Source of the DNA: Chrysemys picta bellii
Taxonomy: Eukaryota
Length of the DNA stretch: 64,000 nt
NCBI RefSeq assembly: GCF_011386835.1
Contig: NC_088802.1
Span: 1,736,001-1,800,000, forward strand
Reading direction: 5' to 3'
Positions 62,455 through 64,000 of this stretch are shown one piece after another; the stretch's first letter is position 1; every line of letters begins with the position of its first letter. The translations under genes were made by a program, and so were the position numbers. Below the pieces are notes generated by a model. It saw nothing but the letters and a program-made list of their open reading frames with translations. It searched no databases and was not told the DNA's origin.

Positions 62455-62600
62455 CTCAGTCATGTGACGTGCGGTGAGGCTCGTGAGGCTGTATCCAGGG
62501 TGGTGCCCTCAGCCAATCACGTGGCTCGGGTTGGAGTCATGTGACCCCCGGGCGCTACACTGTAACCAGCGGCGCAGCCGGGCCGGCGGCGGGTTAAAGG
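62455..62600 (+). promoter_or_regulatory. Promoter of the downstream gene: two GTCATGTGAC palindromes, CCAAT, CACGTG
   Basis: GTCATGTGAC at 62459-62468 and 62536-62545; CCAAT 62513-62517 abutting CACGTG 62518-62523; TTAAAG ~25 nt before the ATG. Confidence 0.65.
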
Positions 62601-62618
62601 GGCCGCGACCCACAGGCC

Positions 62619-62722
62619 ATGGGGCGCCCCCGGGCCCTGCCCCTCGCGGGGCTGCTGCTGCTGGCGCTCTGCGGCGCCCGGGTGCTGCCCCTGCCGGGGC
62701 CTGGACGGGATCCCCGGAGCAG
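62619..62722 (+). CDS. First coding exon of a secreted or lumenal protein (signal peptide), identity unresolved
   Basis: GGCCATGG Kozak; MGRPRALPLAGLLLLALCGARVLPLPGPGRDPRS; phase-2 donor AG|GTACGT; not in the ORF track (short). Confidence 0.7.
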
Positions 62723-62729
62723 GTACGTG

Positions 62730-64000
62730 CGGCCCCCCCCGCCGATCCGCCCCCCCCCGGATCCCCCCTCTCCTCCCCCCCACCCGGGATCGGCCCCCCC
62801 CGATCCCCCCTCTGCTCCCCCCCACCCGGGATCGCCCCCCCCCCGATCCCCCCTCTGCTCCCCCCACCCGGGCCGGACCCCCCGATCCCCCCTCTGCTCC
62901 CCCCCACCCGGGGCCGGACCCCCCCCGATCCCCCCTCTGCTCCCCCCCACCCGGGCCGGACCCCTCCCCGATCCCCCTCCTCTGCTCCCCCCACCCGGGG
63001 CCGGCCCCCTCCCCGATCCCCCCTCTGCTCCCCCACCCGGGGCCGGCCCCCTCCCCGATCCCCCTCCTCTGCTCCCCCCACCCGGGGCCGGCCCCCTCCC
63101 CGATCCCCTCCTCTGCTCCCCCCACCCGGGCCGGACCCCCCCCCCGATCCCCCTCCTCTGCTCCCCCCCACCCGGGGCCGGACCCCCCCCCGATCCCCCC
63201 TCTGCTCCCCCCCACCCGGGCCGGACCCCCCCCCGATCCCCCCTCTGCTCCCCCCCACCCGGGCCGGACCCCCCCCGATCCCCCCTCTGCTCCCCCCACC
63301 CGGCCGGACCCCCCCGATCCCCCCTCTGCTCCCCCCACCCGGGATCGGCCCTCCCCCCGATCCCCCCTCTGCTCCCCCCCACCCGGGGCCGGACCCCCCC
63401 CCGATCCCCCTCTGCTCCCCCCCACCCGGGCCGGACCCCCCCCCGATCCCCCCTCTGCTCCCCCCCACCCGGACCCCCCCCCGATCCCCCCTCTGCTCCC
63501 CCCACCCGGGGCCCCCCCCGATCCCCCCTCTGCTCCCCCTTCACCCGGGGCCGGACCCCCCCCCCCCGATCCCCCCTCTGCTCCCCCCTCACCCGGGCCC
63601 GGACCCCCCCGATCCCCGCTCTGCTCCCCCCTCACCGGGCCCGGCCCCCTCCCCGATCCCCCCTCTGCTCCCCCCTCACCCGGGCCCGGCCCCCTCCCCG
63701 ATCCCCCCTCTGCTCCCCCCTCACCCGGGCCCGGCCCCCTCCCCGATCCCCCCTCTGCTCCCCCCTCACCCGGGCCCGCCCCCTCCCCGATCCCCCCTCT
63801 GCTCCCCCCTCACCCGGCCCGGCCCCCTCCCCGATCCCCCCTCTGCTCCCCCCTCACCCGGGCCCGGCCCCCTCCCCGATCCCCCCTCTGCTCCCCCCTC
63901 ACCCGGGCCCGGCCCCCTCCCCGATCCCCCCTCTGCTCCCCCCTCACCCGGGCCCGGCCCCCTCCCCGATCCCCCCTCTGCTCCCCCCTCACCCGGGCCC
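62730..64000. repeat. C-rich ~42 bp minisatellite (intron 1 of the last gene), runs off the window
   Basis: Units CCCCGATCCCCCCTCTGCTCCCCCCCACCCGGGCCGGACCC. Confidence 0.92.

Noticed and set aside
62619-62722. Assigning the symbol C4
   Set aside because: Only synteny and intron phase support it; the peptide is not recognisably C4 and the promoter suggests alternatives.

Overview
GC-rich, minisatellite-dense vertebrate genomic DNA, most likely from a turtle (CR1 LINE ending in an AATCTATG octamer, TG...CA LTR-like elements). It covers the MHC class III core. Order: complement factor B (CFB, +, 18 exons, 1139-16031); NELFE (-, 3' seven coding exons, 5' coding exons lost in a 500-N gap); an inverted partial second copy of SKIV2L/SKIC2 (-, exons 1-26) sitting between two 500-N gaps and probably a mis-oriented allelic contig; complete SKIV2L (+, 29 exons, 36599-52436); DXO (-); STK19/WHR1 (+); and the first exon of an unidentified signal-peptide gene at 62619. 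Mobile elements: a young ~2.9 kb CR1, an older CR1 split by an LTR fragment (present in both SKIV2L copies), two solo LTRs and a hAT MITE. Most long ORFs in the supplied track are low-complexity artefacts. The most unusual signals are: (1) repeated minisatellites built from real exon ends plus their splice sites, giving arrays of decoy donors and acceptors in CFB and SKIV2L; (2) a repeated ETS-DR1-ETS module with conserved motifs and a variable 5-nt spacer in SKIV2L intron 16, plus a second DR1 cluster between SKIV2L and DXO; (3) arrays of CTCF-like motifs; (4) single-base indels in CFB and SKIV2L that look like long-read errors but need checking. All regulatory interpretations are motif-level inference.
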